Below, piece by piece: positions 1 to 14,539 of a stretch of 64,000 nucleotides of DNA. The notes below the pieces were generated by a model that worked only from the letters and a program-made list of their open reading frames with translations, was not told the origin of the DNA and did no database searches. Both the position numbers and the translations under genes were made by a program. Source of the DNA: Macrostomum lignano. Lineage: Eukaryota. The stretch's first letter is position 1. The number at the start of each line of letters is the position of its first letter. The stretch lies in assembly GCA_002269645.1 (NCBI GenBank), contig NIVC01000905.1, forward strand, positions 310,001 through 374,000. Reading direction: 5' to 3'.

Positions 1-3000
1 TTTTGGGACTAAAACGGCCCTTTTAAGGGTCACGGCCAACATCAATAACGTGACAGGTTGCTTATAAATTTGAGTTCAACTCCGACAGTTTTCCGTATTA
101 TGAGTTCGAAAACCATTTTTTACGAGTACGAAATACGTGTACATGATAGAAATTTTGTTTCGAAAAATCAGGCCCGATGCTGTCCATCGATTCCAAGCGA
201 AGGTACGGCGGTTCTTGCGCCAAAGGATTCTGAGTCCTTGGGGGTTGCCTGGAAAGGGTTGCGAGACGGAGAGTTACGGCGAGTGTCTGCTAGTTTACAG
301 CTAGGAGCTTAATACTTATAATAATGACTTATAATACTTATAATAATACTTAATACTTAGATTCATCTAAGAGCGTATTGCATGTAGAAGTCGTACAGAA
401 GCGTACCGTGGCCTCAATGCCGCCCGTTTAGACAAGCTTTAGACAAGCTTGTTTAGACAATTAAGTCATATTAAAGCTACCCAATGTTGGCTTAGTCTTC
501 ATCATTTATTAATTTATCACTTAACCAATTGTCCAATTGATCCCACAACTAGGGAAACGCTGTGAGAGAATATGTCGACTGAACTGCATTTTCTTGTGAG
601 ATATTTGACGTAAACTGCTGTACATGGCAAAAGTTTTATTACCGACTAAAAAACTGACCAGTGGCTAAGAAGGCACACGCTGGCATATCCACCAGTCACA
701 GCTGAGACAGGTCAGGACATTAGATAGTCAAGACATGGAGACATGGTCTGACAGGTTTATCACCCAGGTGTATGAGACATCTACATCTACCCACTCAATG
801 GATCTATTGGAGCGTCTGAAGTGATAAGGAGTTTCTACTCGTACTGCTATAGTTCACAACTCAAGCCATTCATTCCCGAAGCCGCAACTTCTTTATTCAC
901 GGGAAACTGTCACTAGTTCCTTGTTCGTTTGAGTGTTTTTCCGCTTTACTTTTAGTGAGTCACGAATTCTATATCTATTAAGAATGAGCAGGTCCTCTGG
1001 TATGCTGCCATGTATAATTCTTCTGCCAGAGTTTCATTCTCTTTCCAGTCCAACTCCCCAAATTTTCCTGCTCTTAATGTACATTGGGTTTAGGGTTCTG
1101 CAACTTCTGCAGAATGGAACGGCAGAGAACAATGTACTAGGAGCGTAGGAGAGAAAAACTCGCGGCAAAGCCCGATCTATCCACCCCAAAGCCCTAAAAT
1201 GATAGAAGCAGGAACGATTTGACCAGCAGCAGAAGACGCGACGCACCGTAGATGACGGCACCGAGAAGGCACGATTCGTCAGACTACCTGAGCGCTGCGA
1301 GGCCGCACTCGCCCCAGTCGGCGGGAGATTCATCGCAGTCGTCTTTGTCGGGTCAGCAGCCGCTGGAGCAGCATGGCGGCAGGTTGCCGCATCAGGTTCG
1401 GAGCACCAGCGGCAGCTGCCTCAGCCTGCGCAGCAACCGGAGGACGCCGGGCTTTGGACTGTCTTCGCTGAACCTCCCGGAGAACGCAGCGCCAGAGGCC
1501 TTTTCGCCTCTGGGACGAAGTCACGAAGAATCCCATTGGGTTTCAGGTAGACTGGAGAGCAGACATGGTTCTTCCATGGTCAGTAATGATTATCTGGATT
1601 CTGGTCTGGTGCGTGAGAAAGCAGGTGAGTCAGATGATTTTTCTCGTTTGGGATCTTTGCGAGGATTATGCAATTAAAATGAGCTACCTGGGAATGCACC
1701 TGGGAATGCAATGAATTGGAGCTGGTAGTGAAGATCTTCAAGTCGACAGCCTCGAGTATTCACCGGATGCCGTCTCGATGCTCAGATCCTAGCAAAGTCA
1801 ACTGGTAAAAAATCACCTAGTCAAAGTTACAAGCGACATGGTAAGCACCGTCAGCGCTACAGTTCCTTACTACCAAGACTTTCTTAGTAATCAAGGAACA
1901 ATCACTTCTAGCTACGGTTAGGCAACCCAGTAATCAAATGAAGGTATCTATTACCTTGAGTCCGGATTAGTCATCGATATCTCGTCGTCAGGATATCCTC
2001 AGTAGATCAGTAGATCAGACGCCTTGCTTCCGAGATTCTGGTTCAAGTCCTTTGTACGTCTTCGAGATTGTTCCGGTCGGTATCTGTCGTGTGGACCAAT
2101 AGGAAGCTTCAAATCAACAATGGGATCCCTGCGCCGCGCTGCGGTTTCAATAAGCCTTCTCCTTCTAGCGGTGTCTTAGTGCACCCTAGGTATAGCTCCG
2201 GTATTCACTGATAGTCTTCTGATGGCTATCAGGGTAGTCCTTCTGGAGACTACAACCAATGGAGTCTCAATTGACTCAACAACAACTATAATGAGTCGAC
2301 TCAAACACCTGGCGCAAATGAGCAAGGCTTACCGCAAATAACTCAGCCGAGTCCTGGTTGTCTTGGTCTGAAGGAAGTCCTTCTAAGGCTTCCTCTTCGG
2401 AGCTCTTCTTCCTTCTGGAAGGCAAAATCTTTAGGCTCCGGTCCGCTCCGGACCACTTGTATTTATGGAGAATCGGACCCCTCGCGAGGTCGTTGGGTAC
2501 ATTTTCTTAAATGTCAATGGGTCATGCTTTGGTTGCTGTCAGGCTTGACAGGATAGAAAGTTAAGCAACTAGTCTACTGCAAACGCACATGATTGGTTAC
2601 CGTAGCTGGGTTATTTTTTATTGGTTCATTCGGTGCTGACCGAATGATGAATCGCTGATGGGGTCTGAACTGACAATTGTAGGTCACGCATGATTGGTCG
2701 GTTGATAAAAATAACATGTTTTGACTTTACTCTCTAGTGATTGGTTGACTAAAATATACTTGTGATTCAGTACTTAATTTTATACATGCTACTTATTTTA
2801 CCACTGAATAAAAATGTATAAGTAGTATGCTAACAATTTGCATAACTTTTCTGGGAGGTATAACACTCTACAACGGCTATTGGTTCAACTCCAGCGTCTC
2901 CTTGTGCATCGAAGGTTTCCAACTCGACAAATCCGTCAAACTTAAGGCCGACTGCAAACATTTGCTATCGGCTTGTCAGCAGCGGTGCAGACAGCTGCAC

Positions 3001-3737
3001 TTGCTGGTGCCAGTGACGCTAATGCTACTAAGGAATCAACTGTTTGACTGTTTGAAGGTTCTAGCCAAAATCGCTTGAACAGCAGTTCCAGATCTACAGA
3101 ATCTCTAGCACCCAGTTCCGAGACTGATTCCAGATTACCGAATCGTACTATGACCCAGATTTTCTATCAGGAGACCGTTTATCTAGCGCCTTTTCTATGC
3201 ATGTAATCATCGCAAAACTTGTATATTTCATTCGTATCGTTGATTGTAGAGCCTTTAAGATCGACTTTGAGAATGTCACGGCACGGCACGGCACGGCACA
3301 TCATCCGAGCCGAGCTAGTCCTACTAGCAGCCAGTGCAGGCGGTGCGGCCTGCGTTCGCACCCAGGCCTTAAAACGCGCCACATGTGACGTTGTCTTTGC
3401 CTCTCATAAACACGCGAGACTGACAACGCGGTTGCTCGTATTTCGTTTGTTGTTTTGTTGTTGTATTAAGCTGTTTCGTGCAAATAAGTTGGCACCTAGA
3501 ACTACATTACAATGCCACAACCTCACTTTCTACATCTTTCTCATGTTTCGATCTATGCCCATATGCATAATATCCGTTCCTGACTGTTTTAGTAAGCTCT
3601 GCTTGATGATGCCTTGATGCTGTATGGTTGATTTTCCCACAATTCCCAATTTTCCCGAACAACCATTTGCATGAACTTCAATAAACAGCTTTTATTCAGG
3701 TTTTTTCGGACATTGAAACTCCGATTGATGATTGCGG

Positions 3738-4020
3738 GGGTTGCAGCCTAGAGGTTAGAGCGTCGACTCACGACTTGAAGGTCGGGGGTTCGATTCTCGA
3801 CCAACTTGAAACAATTTGTGTCCTGGAGCAAGACAACTAACTCTTCAATGCTTCAGTTCACCCATCTGTAAAATGGGTGCCAGCATTAGCTGGGGTAATT
3901 GAGGCTGTGTGGCGACCGCCAGTCCTTGGACTGAACAGCCGTACGCAGCAATAGCTGCGGCTGAGCTGTCGGTTGCACATCTGCTCAATTGGGGCAGTTG
4001 TAATCAATTATTATTATTTC
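3738..4020 (+). mobile_element. tRNA-derived SINE, family 1
   Basis: A-box GCCTAGAGGTTAGAGCG, B-box GGTTCGATTC, CORE-like TGTGTCC..GCAAGACA...CCCATCTGTAAAATGGG; further copies at 7517, 51290 and 51549. Confidence 0.8.
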
Positions 4021-5174
4021 GGAGATTATTAGTCGAGCTGAACTTAAAGAAACTAAAAAAGATAAAAGCAACGAAGAAATATATTTTGAAAGATTTTTGG
4101 AGAACTGCCAGTCCGCTCCACCAGCTCACGAATGCTGTCTTCCAAACACTTGATGAAGGTACAAATGCAGACAGTCAGAATGGCTACTGGAGAGAATCGG
4201 GAATGAATCGAGAGCCTTTTGATAAAGGATCTACACGTAACTTATTTTCATTGCATATTACAAGAAGGGATTGAGTAGCTCTACTTGAGAATGGATTGGC
4301 TCTCAGGTGTGTGAAAGGAATCGAACCAGTGGTCGTGACCCGACACACTTTACCTTTTTATTGTAATTTAAAAAAGATAAAGCTATAGTTTTGTTAAAAC
4401 GTACTTAAAGTTTTCAGCGTAGAGAATTTTTTATTTGTTTCAAGCATTACGCTCGTAATAGAGGGATAATTGTAGCATTTTTTTCAGGTTAAAACTTTTC
4501 CAGATAGCTGAGTTGTATGCTTACGCTGGATAAAATAAAAACATTGTGAGATCAATTCTCGGTGAGTCTTACTCAAAGTAGAATTGTGAGAATGTTTCTC
4601 AGAATTCGAGAATTAATAATTAAATTTACAGAGACTCGAAATTCAACTTAAAAAATTGAATGGCGTTACTTGACCGTATAACTTATCGAACAGTACAACA
4701 AAAATTGAAAGAATAACAATTGAAAGTAAATTGAAAGTAAAAAAGTAGATCGCCTCTCATCATAAATAGCCTTTTTTCATTGATTACTGGGTGAACCAAC
4801 CGTAGGCTCCCTGAACCATTGTCACTGACAACCAAACCACACCTGCTACAGTCGAAGTCAAGGCACTGATCCAGCCGCCAGTTGCAGGTTTGCAGTGTCT
4901 GAAAATGTTATTCAGTACCTATCTATATATAGCTGCGTATTGAGCTCTCAGCTAACCAACAGTAACCGACTTACTCAGAATTTGGATGACGGCAGCAGCC
5001 GGTCGATTGAGGGCGTGAAGTTCGTCTGAAAGACACAGCATGAAGATCTCCTCATATCAGATATTGAAGTAAGTTTGCAGTGAGGAATTCAGGATGAATT
5101 AGAGGAACCAGAGGGATGCAATCGGTATGCTGAATGACAGGTTCGACTGATACTGAGAGATTCAGAGTGGTTAA

Positions 5175-5372
5175 TGGAGAGTCGGGGTGGCTACTGGAGA
5201 GTCGGAGTGGCTACTGGAGAGTCGGAGTGGCTACTGGAGAGTCGGGGTGGCTACTGGAGAGTCGGGGTGGCTACTGGAGAGTCGGGGTGGCTACTGGAGA
5301 GTCGGAGTGGCTACTGCCTACTGGAGAGTCGGGGTGGCTACTGGAGAGTCGGGGTGGCTACTGGAGAGTCAG
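5175..5372. repeat. 20-bp minisatellite (GGTGGCTACTGGAGAGTCGG)n
   Basis: Direct inspection. Confidence 0.95.
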
Positions 5373-5959
5373 AGTGCTAGGCGGTCAGAATGGCTATTGA
5401 AGAATTACAATGGCCTAACACCTGAAAAAATATAGAATACTTTTTAGGGATGCTTCATTGGTAATGATAATATTTTCGAGACTTACAGCCTTTGGCAATC
5501 AGAGCAGTTCTGCACTTGGCAACACTCCATGATGGATGGAAATGGTCCATGAACCTCTCGTGAGAGTTAGTTGTCAAAGGTAAAAATTCGATTTTGTTGC
5601 ACTGTACAGGTACTGAATTTGCTGTACAACAATAAATATTGCCTTTGATGGACCCCATACGGTAGTACCTCAGCGTTATGTTGTCGAGTCCTATTTTTAC
5701 TAGATCGTCTTCATTCGATGCTCATCATTTTGCAGCAATGCAAACCGAGTGAGTTGGCTGCCATGAATAACCGACACGTAACCGACGGCCAATTTGCTTC
5801 TTCTCCATCAAAGCAATGAGTACTTCGAGTGTATTCTGTGAAAATCTTTATTTAGAGCACACGTTTTGTTAAATTATAACTTGATCAACAAGGTCGTGGA
5901 AATAGAATGAATCTTGAATAGTCTTGAGTCTTGAGTAGCGCTCTCCTGCTTATAGGACA

Positions 5960-6520
5960 GTCAAACTGACACTGTGAGAGTCACACTGACACTGGGAGAG
6001 TCACACTGACACTGGGAGAGTCACACTGACACTGGGAGAGTCACACTGACACTGGGAGAGTCACACTGACACTGGGAGAGTCACACTGACACTGGCAGAG
6101 TCACACTGGCACTGGGAGAGTCACACTGGCACTGGGAGAGTCTCACTGACACTGGTAGAGTCTCACTACTGACACTGTGAGAGTCACAATGACACTGTGA
6201 GAGTCACACTAACACTGTGAGAGTCACACTACTGACACTGTGAGAGTCACACTAACACTGAGAGAGTCACACTGACACTGGGAGAGTCACACTGACACTG
6301 AGAGAGTCACACTGACACTGGGAGAATCTCACTGACACTGAGAGAGTCACACTGACACTGGTAGAGTCTCACTGACACTGGGAGAGTCACACTGACACTG
6401 GGAGAGTCACACTGACACTGGGAGAATCTCACTGACACTGGGAGAGTCACACTGACACTGGGAGAATCTCACTGACACTGGGAGAGTCACACTGACACTG
6501 GTAGAGTCACACTACTGACA
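5960..6520. repeat. 20-bp minisatellite (ACTGACACTGGGAGAGTCAC)n
   Basis: Direct inspection. Confidence 0.95.
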
Positions 6521-7516
6521 CCTCATGAAAACACTCATGAAAACACCTCATGAAAATGCAGTTGAGCTACATTGTAGAACGGTAAATGTATGCGATAGTT
6601 ACAGGTACACATAGCCCCTACAAGGCAGTACCTTACTTTTTGCTGGTGGAATCTAACTTGTAAATGCCAGATTCATCATCTTGCAGCAATACAAACTAGT
6701 GAGCCGACTAAATTGCTTATTTTGGTCATTCGAGCTCGCAATTATGCACTTGTATGGTTGCCACATTTATGCGACATTTCAATTTGGTCTATTGCAGCTT
6801 TAGTCTGATCTTAATTTATAACTGACGTCTTCTCAAATTTTCGACAAACGAAGCTCTTGGAAAAGAGGAAATACATTGAAAGGCATTGGATAGATCATAA
6901 ATCCATCAGTTTTACTGAGATTCTGATTAGGAGTAGGTAATAACATCCATGTATTTTAAGAATCTGATACCAAATTAAAAATGATCGGCCCCCTAGAGCA
7001 GTAGAAAGTTTACTCAGGCTAAATCACAGAAACAATGAAAAATAGTTCACGAACATATATGTCAGGTTTCTATTAAATGAATTTTTATTGTTTTAAAGAT
7101 AAAATAATTGAAGATTGTTTTAGCACCTAAGGCACTTTTAAGCTAAATAGAATATTACCGCAGACTCTTTTAGATGGTGTTTTCAGTAGAACTGAAAAAC
7201 TGAATTACAGGGTTGAAAAAAACCGTTTAATGTTGATTGGGAAACAAAGTGTTACTTTGCTTTCGAGAAAGTGAGTTATTATTATTTTTTCTCTGATTTT
7301 GAAACACCGAAAAGAACAGCTGCTCCAGCTGCTATAAGAACGCCGGAAATAATCTCAAACGTAGTAGAGTTGGATTCTTGGCCACTGCAGCCTCTGAAAA
7401 AATATCGGAACAGACGAGATCCTTTGGGGAAACATACTCGTGTAGAAACGCTCTTGACCTTTCTTAGAACTTTATTCGTAATTAATGCACTCTATTAAAA
7501 CAGATCAGATAAAATA

Positions 7517-7775
7517 GGGGTTGCACGAGGTACATGCAGCCTAGTGGTTAGAACGTCAGACTTACGACTGAAAGATCGGGGGTTCGATTCTCGACACCAC
7601 TCAGAACAATTTATGTCCTTGAGCAAGACACTTAACTCTGCATTCTTGGACTGAACAGCAGTAAGCAGCCTCTATATCTGAATCGTCTATGGGCAGAATA
7701 GCTTCGGCTGAGCTATTATTTGCCCATCTGCTCATAAAGACAGGTGCATATTCAATTATTATTATCATTAATTAC
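7517..7775 (+). mobile_element. tRNA-derived SINE, family 1
   Basis: GCCTAGTGGTTAGAACG...GGTTCGATTCTCG...GTCCTTGAGCAAGACACTTAACTC; tail shared with the 3738 copy. Confidence 0.8.
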
Positions 7776-9287
7776 TAAAACAAATGATCGACTTACCCGT
7801 CGGTTGGGTGGCGGCAGCACACATTAGTATAGAGTCTTCTTCTGTCAGAAAAGAAAAAAAAAATTTTTATTAAATAACAAGTCAAAATATCCTCAATAAA
7901 GCGGGAAGGAAGTCGATTGGTAAGTTAATTGGTAAGTCGATTGGTAAGTATCATGCTTTGGCCCTAATTCAGATAGCGGATATCAGTATGTAACAAGCTG
8001 TAGCTACCACAGATACTTGAACACTAGATGGGTCACCTAATGCAAATTCGCTCGATGTCTGAATAGACTACTCTCTTCTGGGCAAGACTATCGATTTTTG
8101 TGCTTCCACGTCAGTGCTATAGTTTAAGCCATAGACAAAAGTTTCAAGCATCGAAATCAAGCTAACTAGTAAAGGGGTTCATCATGGCTTTCCTTTTAGA
8201 TTGAAAAATTGATTGAAATTGGTTGATTGATTGATTGATTAAAAAATGAGGCACTGAAATGTCAACTTTTTTGTCTACATCATAATCTAAATATAAAATA
8301 ATAAAAATACCCAGTGCCTGCAGCAGCACCTTCCTTCGCTCCAAGCAATCCTATAAACAAATTGCGTTAAAATTTATTCACTATGACTATACTGAGACTG
8401 AATAAAATTATTAACTTCCGTACTTACCAAAAATGAAGGCAGCACAGATCTCATCCATTCTACCTACGTGATTTTAAAAGCATGTATTCTGTCCACCTGC
8501 CCCTACTCGTACCTTACACCAAAACTTGCTTTTCATCTGTGCAAACTACAGCCTATGAGTGTAAAAAACGATTAAGAAATCAATTCAAATCAGAGAACGA
8601 GTAATGCCTACTATCAATAGTTTGTCCGTTGGTTGGTTATCAAGCACTGAAATTTGATGACAATAAAAGTTTAATTGTAGCAAGGATACCCCCAAGAATC
8701 TTAACCAAATGCTGCTAACTTTAACTACCACTGAATCATCTTGTAGAAAGTGCTTTACGATTCAACAATGCTTTAGCGTACCTCTCATACTAAATAGTAT
8801 ACCCTCGTATTTTACCACAAATTGGTATTTCTACAGAGTTAAACATTGAGTATTGCTGCTAATGATGTAACCACGCTCTGGTCGCGGGATAGGGCAGGGG
8901 AACTTTTTCGAAAGTGCCGCCTATCGCCATGCACCCCCTGCACAGAGCTGTTGAGACTCGGCCAGGTCTCCGACCAGGCCTGGAGACCCCCGCTCTGCTG
9001 CACCCCCCTACTGCCTTGGCTCCGTCTCCCCTGCCGCCACACTTGCCTTTCCGGAGCTCCCCCTCCCTCTTTGTACTTCCCCCTCTACCCTATCTGCTCT
9101 GCGCTCCGCCCTATTCTTCATGCAATTTTCCTGTCTCCCCTCTTTTTGCCCCTTTTCGCACTATTTTCCTGCGCTGTCCCCCCTTTCTCTGCGTCTACTT
9201 CCAGTATTTTGTGCGCTCACCGTGTCCCCATCCCTTCTCAAACTCCCAAACGGTGACGCAAGTCGTGTGACCCCTTCTTCCCCTCGA

Positions 9288-10086
9288 TGACTCATCGATG
9301 ACTCATCCCCTTCTCTTGCGCAACCTTTTCTCATACTATTGTTCTCCTCCCCAAATTTCTCATGCGACACCCACCCCACCTCCGCTTCTATTGTTCTCGT
9401 TTTTGATTCTTTTGTTCTCTTTATCCCTACCAATTATCACATGTTCTCCGATTTTCTCTTTCTATTGTTCTCGTTTTCGCACCTAATTATCACCTTTTCT
9501 CCAATGTTTGCTTTTCTATTGTTCTCGATTCTCCCCCAATTATCCCTGATTTCCAATTCCTTTGTTCTCGACCCCCGCCCCATTGTTCTCAATGTTTGCT
9601 TGCGCAACACTTTCGCGACCACCCGCTGCGCCAATTATCCCCCCACCCCACCTCCGGATTGCGCAATTTCCCGATTTCTCATGTTGCTAGGCCGTTCTCA
9701 TGCTTCTAATCATGACTCATTCTGACGTCATTCTGCCGGCATCCAATCAGAGAGAGGGAGTCATGGAAACGGCCTTGGAGCGGCGGCTGGGAAGGCTATA
9801 TAAGGAAGCGGTTTTCGGCATGAGAATCCTCAACTTTCGCGTTTTCTCAAGCGTCCTATTGTGGACTTGCTGTCAGACGTTGCTCTGACCTAGTTATCTT
9901 CAGCTCCCCAAGTGAGCTCATCTGCCGGCCCGCGGTCTGTTACCGCTAATCATCATCAGCAACGCCTGATCTACACCAGCGCCTCGCCGCTTCAGCGCAT
10001 CGCCGCTTCATCGTCTGCCTAACTGCAGCCTACAGCCGCCCTCGGCCACTCCGTCGCTCTCTCTCTTTGTGCAGCTGCCGGTAAGT
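9288..10086 (+). promoter_or_regulatory. Pol II promoter-like module and candidate non-coding first exon
   Basis: TGACTCA at 9288, 9299, 9713; TGACGTCA at 9723; CCAAT at 9743; TATATAA at 9797; GC-rich leader ending at a consensus donor CG|GTAAGT (10081). Confidence 0.45.
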
Positions 10087-11837
10087 TCCTGTTACTAATT
10101 TGTGCTCTCATTGCCTTGCTTATCCGGGGTTTGCCTATTTTCCATTGCTTGATTAGAGAGCTGAGCCGATTGTGATACCGTATCTTTTGCTGTACTTTAT
10201 TCAATAGTGAAGCCGCGTAATTGCCTAATTATTTGCCTAAGGGCCTAATTATTAACTATTAACTAACCTCATCATTATTCACTCTTTCACCATCATTTCA
10301 CTCATGGCTTGCTGAAGCCTTTCTCCCTGGGTGGCAAAGCATAAGGAAGTTTGGGTAAGCTAACGGCTGTGTGCGCGTGCTGCGGGCCGAGTATGCGTGC
10401 AGTAGAGGGGATTAGCGAGTCTTGGCACAGAATGGCAGTAGGAAGGTTGCAACCCCATGCTGACGCGTCCCTTCGCTCTGAGCAATCTAAACTATAGACA
10501 GTACATGTTCATCTCACTCTACTCTTAGTAATTAAAGCCGCAAGTCAGCCTCGCTCACAGCCACAAAGGATCCCCTGCTGAGAAATCCTCCAGATTGAGC
10601 CCAGAGTTCCCGATCATGCTCCAAGCAGAGGCCCTGTACTCGGCTGCATGTGTCTCCCCTGTTAGCCTAAATCCCCTGGTAACCAATCCAGGCAGGGCTC
10701 TAGCCTCGAGAGGTCTGGTAATAAGATCTAGGTGCGCCAGGTCACATAGAGTGGTGGCAGCCACTCGGTCATGCTGTGACCGAGTGACCAACTATTGCAC
10801 CTTGGCTACAGGTGGGGTCCATGTGGGTCCTTGGCCCTCTGGTCACGAAAGCGCTACCGAAACTATCAATCATGTGGGCGGGACAGTCTGGTGCTGGAGG
10901 TCCGTCAGGTCATTGCCCGGTCGTAGGCAGCCTACGGTCATTGCCCTTTCTGGTCATGCGTTCGTTTCTCAACGGAGCGGACGGGCGACAAGGGCGGTTA
11001 CATCAATAGCTGGAATGAAGTTTTTGGTGCGTCATATAAAACATTATTTATTTAAACGGACAATTAAAAATAACAAATTTAATCAAAAGCGGGATTTGGG
11101 TAATCTTTTTGAAAAAAACGGCGTAGTTAGCTAACTAATGTACGAACCGAGTTCCACTAGGGCTTGTACGCAGCGAAATTAAAAACGGTAAATCTATATG
11201 CGAGCGTACACAAGTAGAATCCAACGCCTTTAAACTGGAGATATTTTCCAGTCTATAGTGGTCAGTTACTTTGTAGTTCATGGAGCTTATTTCGCATAGT
11301 AACTAGGACTACAATGCATAGACCTGACTGGATCTTGATTTATTTTACATTTATTTTCTGCAGATTAAAGTACACAGATTACAGCTTCGAAGTTTCAAAT
11401 CAGGCCGAGAGAACAAGTATCTTTGTCTGTTTGTAAAACAGACAGCTATTTGAAATAATTTTATCTCATAGGAGTAACAGTTTTTGGGAAGACGATGTTC
11501 ACACTTTTTAATCGATATATCGAATTGTCAGCTTAACAGATATTATTATACGAGCTATAAATGTCCATAAAACATGATTTAAATTAAATATAGGCCCAAA
11601 AATAGCAATTTATTTTGATGTTCTGCACATAATAAATTCACATTCTGTGCATGTAATTAGACTTACGAACTTTCAAATTGACGTCACAGCTTTCTTGACG
11701 TCTAGTGCGACAACCGACAGCGCAGCTGCTGCTGCAGCAACCGCAAGAAACAGATGAACTCTCGAGCTTCCCCAATGTACGCAGCAGCAAAATCCATCTC
11801 TCTGGGCCGCTCTGAGTAGTGCACAGATAAAATTGAC

Positions 11838-11846
11838 TGCCTGACT

Positions 11847-11877
<31 letters not shown>

Positions 11878-11886
11878 AGACTGACT

Positions 11887-11917
<31 letters not shown>

Positions 11918-11950
11918 AGACTGACTGACTGACTGACTGACTGCCTGACT

Positions 11951-11990
<40 letters not shown>

Positions 11991-12285
11991 AACTGACTGA
12001 CTGACTGACTGACTGACTGACTGACTGACTGACTGACTGACTGACTTGAGTGAGTGGGTGACTGACTGACTGACTGACTTGAGTGTGTGGGTGACAAGAC
12101 TGACTGACTGACTTGAGTGAGTGGGTGACTGACTGACTGACTGACTGATTGACTGACTGACTGACTGACTGACTGACTGACTGACTGACTGACTGACTGA
12201 CTGACTGACTGACTGAATTGAGTCAGTGAGTGAGTGAGTGACTGACTGACTGACTGACTGAATTGAGTGAGTGAGTGACTGACTG
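11838..12285. repeat. (GACT)n microsatellite
   Basis: Direct inspection. Confidence 0.97.
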
Positions 12286-14539
12286 AAGCATTGCTGCTGA
12301 AGTGCTTGCAACACTTGCAAGTCAGTCTCCATTTTTGTCACTGAACTTTACCTTACTAAAAGTTAGCAGGAAATCTCTAGGCGCTAAATAGTACCTAAAA
12401 TTACATGGTGATTCATGTTAAATTAATTTCAGCTGCTGGCTAAAGGACTTACTTGCATTTGCCACATGGAAAAATTATCCAGGATTTACGTCTGCAGCAG
12501 TCCACCATTCTTAGGCCTTTTATCTAGTAACAAACAGTAATTCTTCGAAGCAGCTACTATAGCATTAAAGCAAACTAAAAATACATCCCAAAAATACACA
12601 TCAGTTTACACGGTACTGCATTGTGTAAGTTTAAGCAGCTACTTAGAGATAAGGCATTATGATTTCAAGAAGGGGGTTGATATCTTAAGGCTTGTGGGGG
12701 GAATTGCTGAGATGTCAAGGCTTACAAGGGATTGCTGAAGTTATTGCAAAGAGACGCTACATGTAGTTTATAAAATGACTTCCGTACTTACCAACAATTA
12801 CGGCACTAAATACCCCAAGGACAACATGGTGTCAATATTATGTCGGTCAGTTATAAAAGAAATTACCGAAATCAACTTACAAAAAGTAAAAAAGCCCAGT
12901 CAGGGGCTGTGCTTCATTAAATGCATCATCTGTCCATGAAGACGTCATTGCAGTATTGTAACGCCAGAACCTTCTGTTCTACATGGATCTACCCTGTTCT
13001 AAACAGAGATCTCATTTATCTAGATATTCTACGTGGACTCATTCTGACCAATAAATCTGCCCTCAATCGTACCTTACACTGGAATTTGCTCTGCATCTGG
13101 GCGAATCAATTCAAATCAGATATTAAGTCAAGTATCTATGCTAGTCTGTCTGTTGATTGTAATTAAGGCCTAAAAATTAATTACAATAAAAGTTCTAGTA
13201 GCACATTTACAACCAAAAATCCTCTTATAGGAAGTGCCTTAACAGTCGGATGACGAAGCTATTTTTCCATTGCACGGATGCCGATGGGGGGGGGTTATTT
13301 CAAATACCCAAAAAGTTATCCACGCCATAACTCTTGAACCCGACGATGGATTCGTCTGAAAATTCACAGTACGGGCTAAAATTTATCGAGGAATCTGATG
13401 AAGCTATCGCCGACTCTCTCCGACATCGAGATCGTCGAGATATTCAGCGATTCTCAAGGAGGTCCCCCTGTTTTTGAAGGCAAACCGTCGAATTCAGTGG
13501 CTAGGTCTTGACACCAGGCAGTAAGGTGCACAAAATGATCCCAAACCTCATTTCAGCCATTGGTGAGGTAACCCAGAACACTTGTAGTGCGCTACAACAA
13601 TGCCCCGTGGCCACCGTCGACCATCGTCAGCACATTCAACGAGCACATTCTGACATCATCGGAATTTGAGATCCGAAACAAATTTCGGTCAAATATTTAT
13701 CATGAAATCTTGTCAATGAGCAACCTACGACTCATTGCACTCACTATACTTCCTGCACCATCCCGACCGTCTGGACGACCGTCGGGACCTTCAACGGATG
13801 TGTCCATCGGACTTCTGGCAGTCTAGCATATACTTTGGCTAGAAATTCTTGATCAAGCCTCACCAATGAGCACCCTAGCACTCTAAGCGCGCAACTAAAC
13901 TAATGAGCAATCTGCGAACCACTGCAGTCACGCCTAGTTATTTTGCACCGTTTCGCTTATCGATCGTTAGGAAAAATGTCCAAGGATCAATTTGAAAAAA
14001 AAACAGAGTCGCACGAAGTTTTGAATTGTTCATAAAGATGACGCAGCAATTTTCTTTTTTTAGCACACAGAAAGTGCTTGTGAATTGTTCTTAAAACTGG
14101 CGCAACAGAGTAAAGTCGCTATGGAACGGTGTCATTGAATAAACAGTCTAATAAACATGGAATAAACAGTTGTAAAGGAATAAACAGTCTGCAATGATCT
14201 AAAATAAACAGCATGCAATGGACGCATGAACCAAAAGTGTACACAGCAAGGCCTCCACTTTTTCATTCACCGCCATGTCTTGTCCCACCGAAACTCATAA
14301 ACCTGCCTTTGTGCCTGTCATTAAATGTGCAAGTTGCACAGTAAAAGAATTGTTTCCGCTGTGACAACAATCAAAAATTCAGTCCGAAATTAGACCATAA
14401 CCGTTATGAGAGCATTTCGAATTTCTACTGCAAATCTATGTCAGCAATTTTAAGCATAAAGCTTTCCAGTAAAACATGATTACTATTATTTCTGCGTTTA
14501 TCCGCTACTTTCTCAGATTCCTTGGAAATTTTGGAATAC

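Noticed and set aside
1000-2500. GC-richer, possibly retroelement-derived segment with short ORFs
   Set aside because: No diagnostic gag/pol motifs or terminal repeats could be identified.
11673-12341. 222-aa SQSV-repeat ORF with a hydrophobic tail
   Set aside because: Mostly (CAGT)n; the unique tail shows no recognisable domain or supporting exons.
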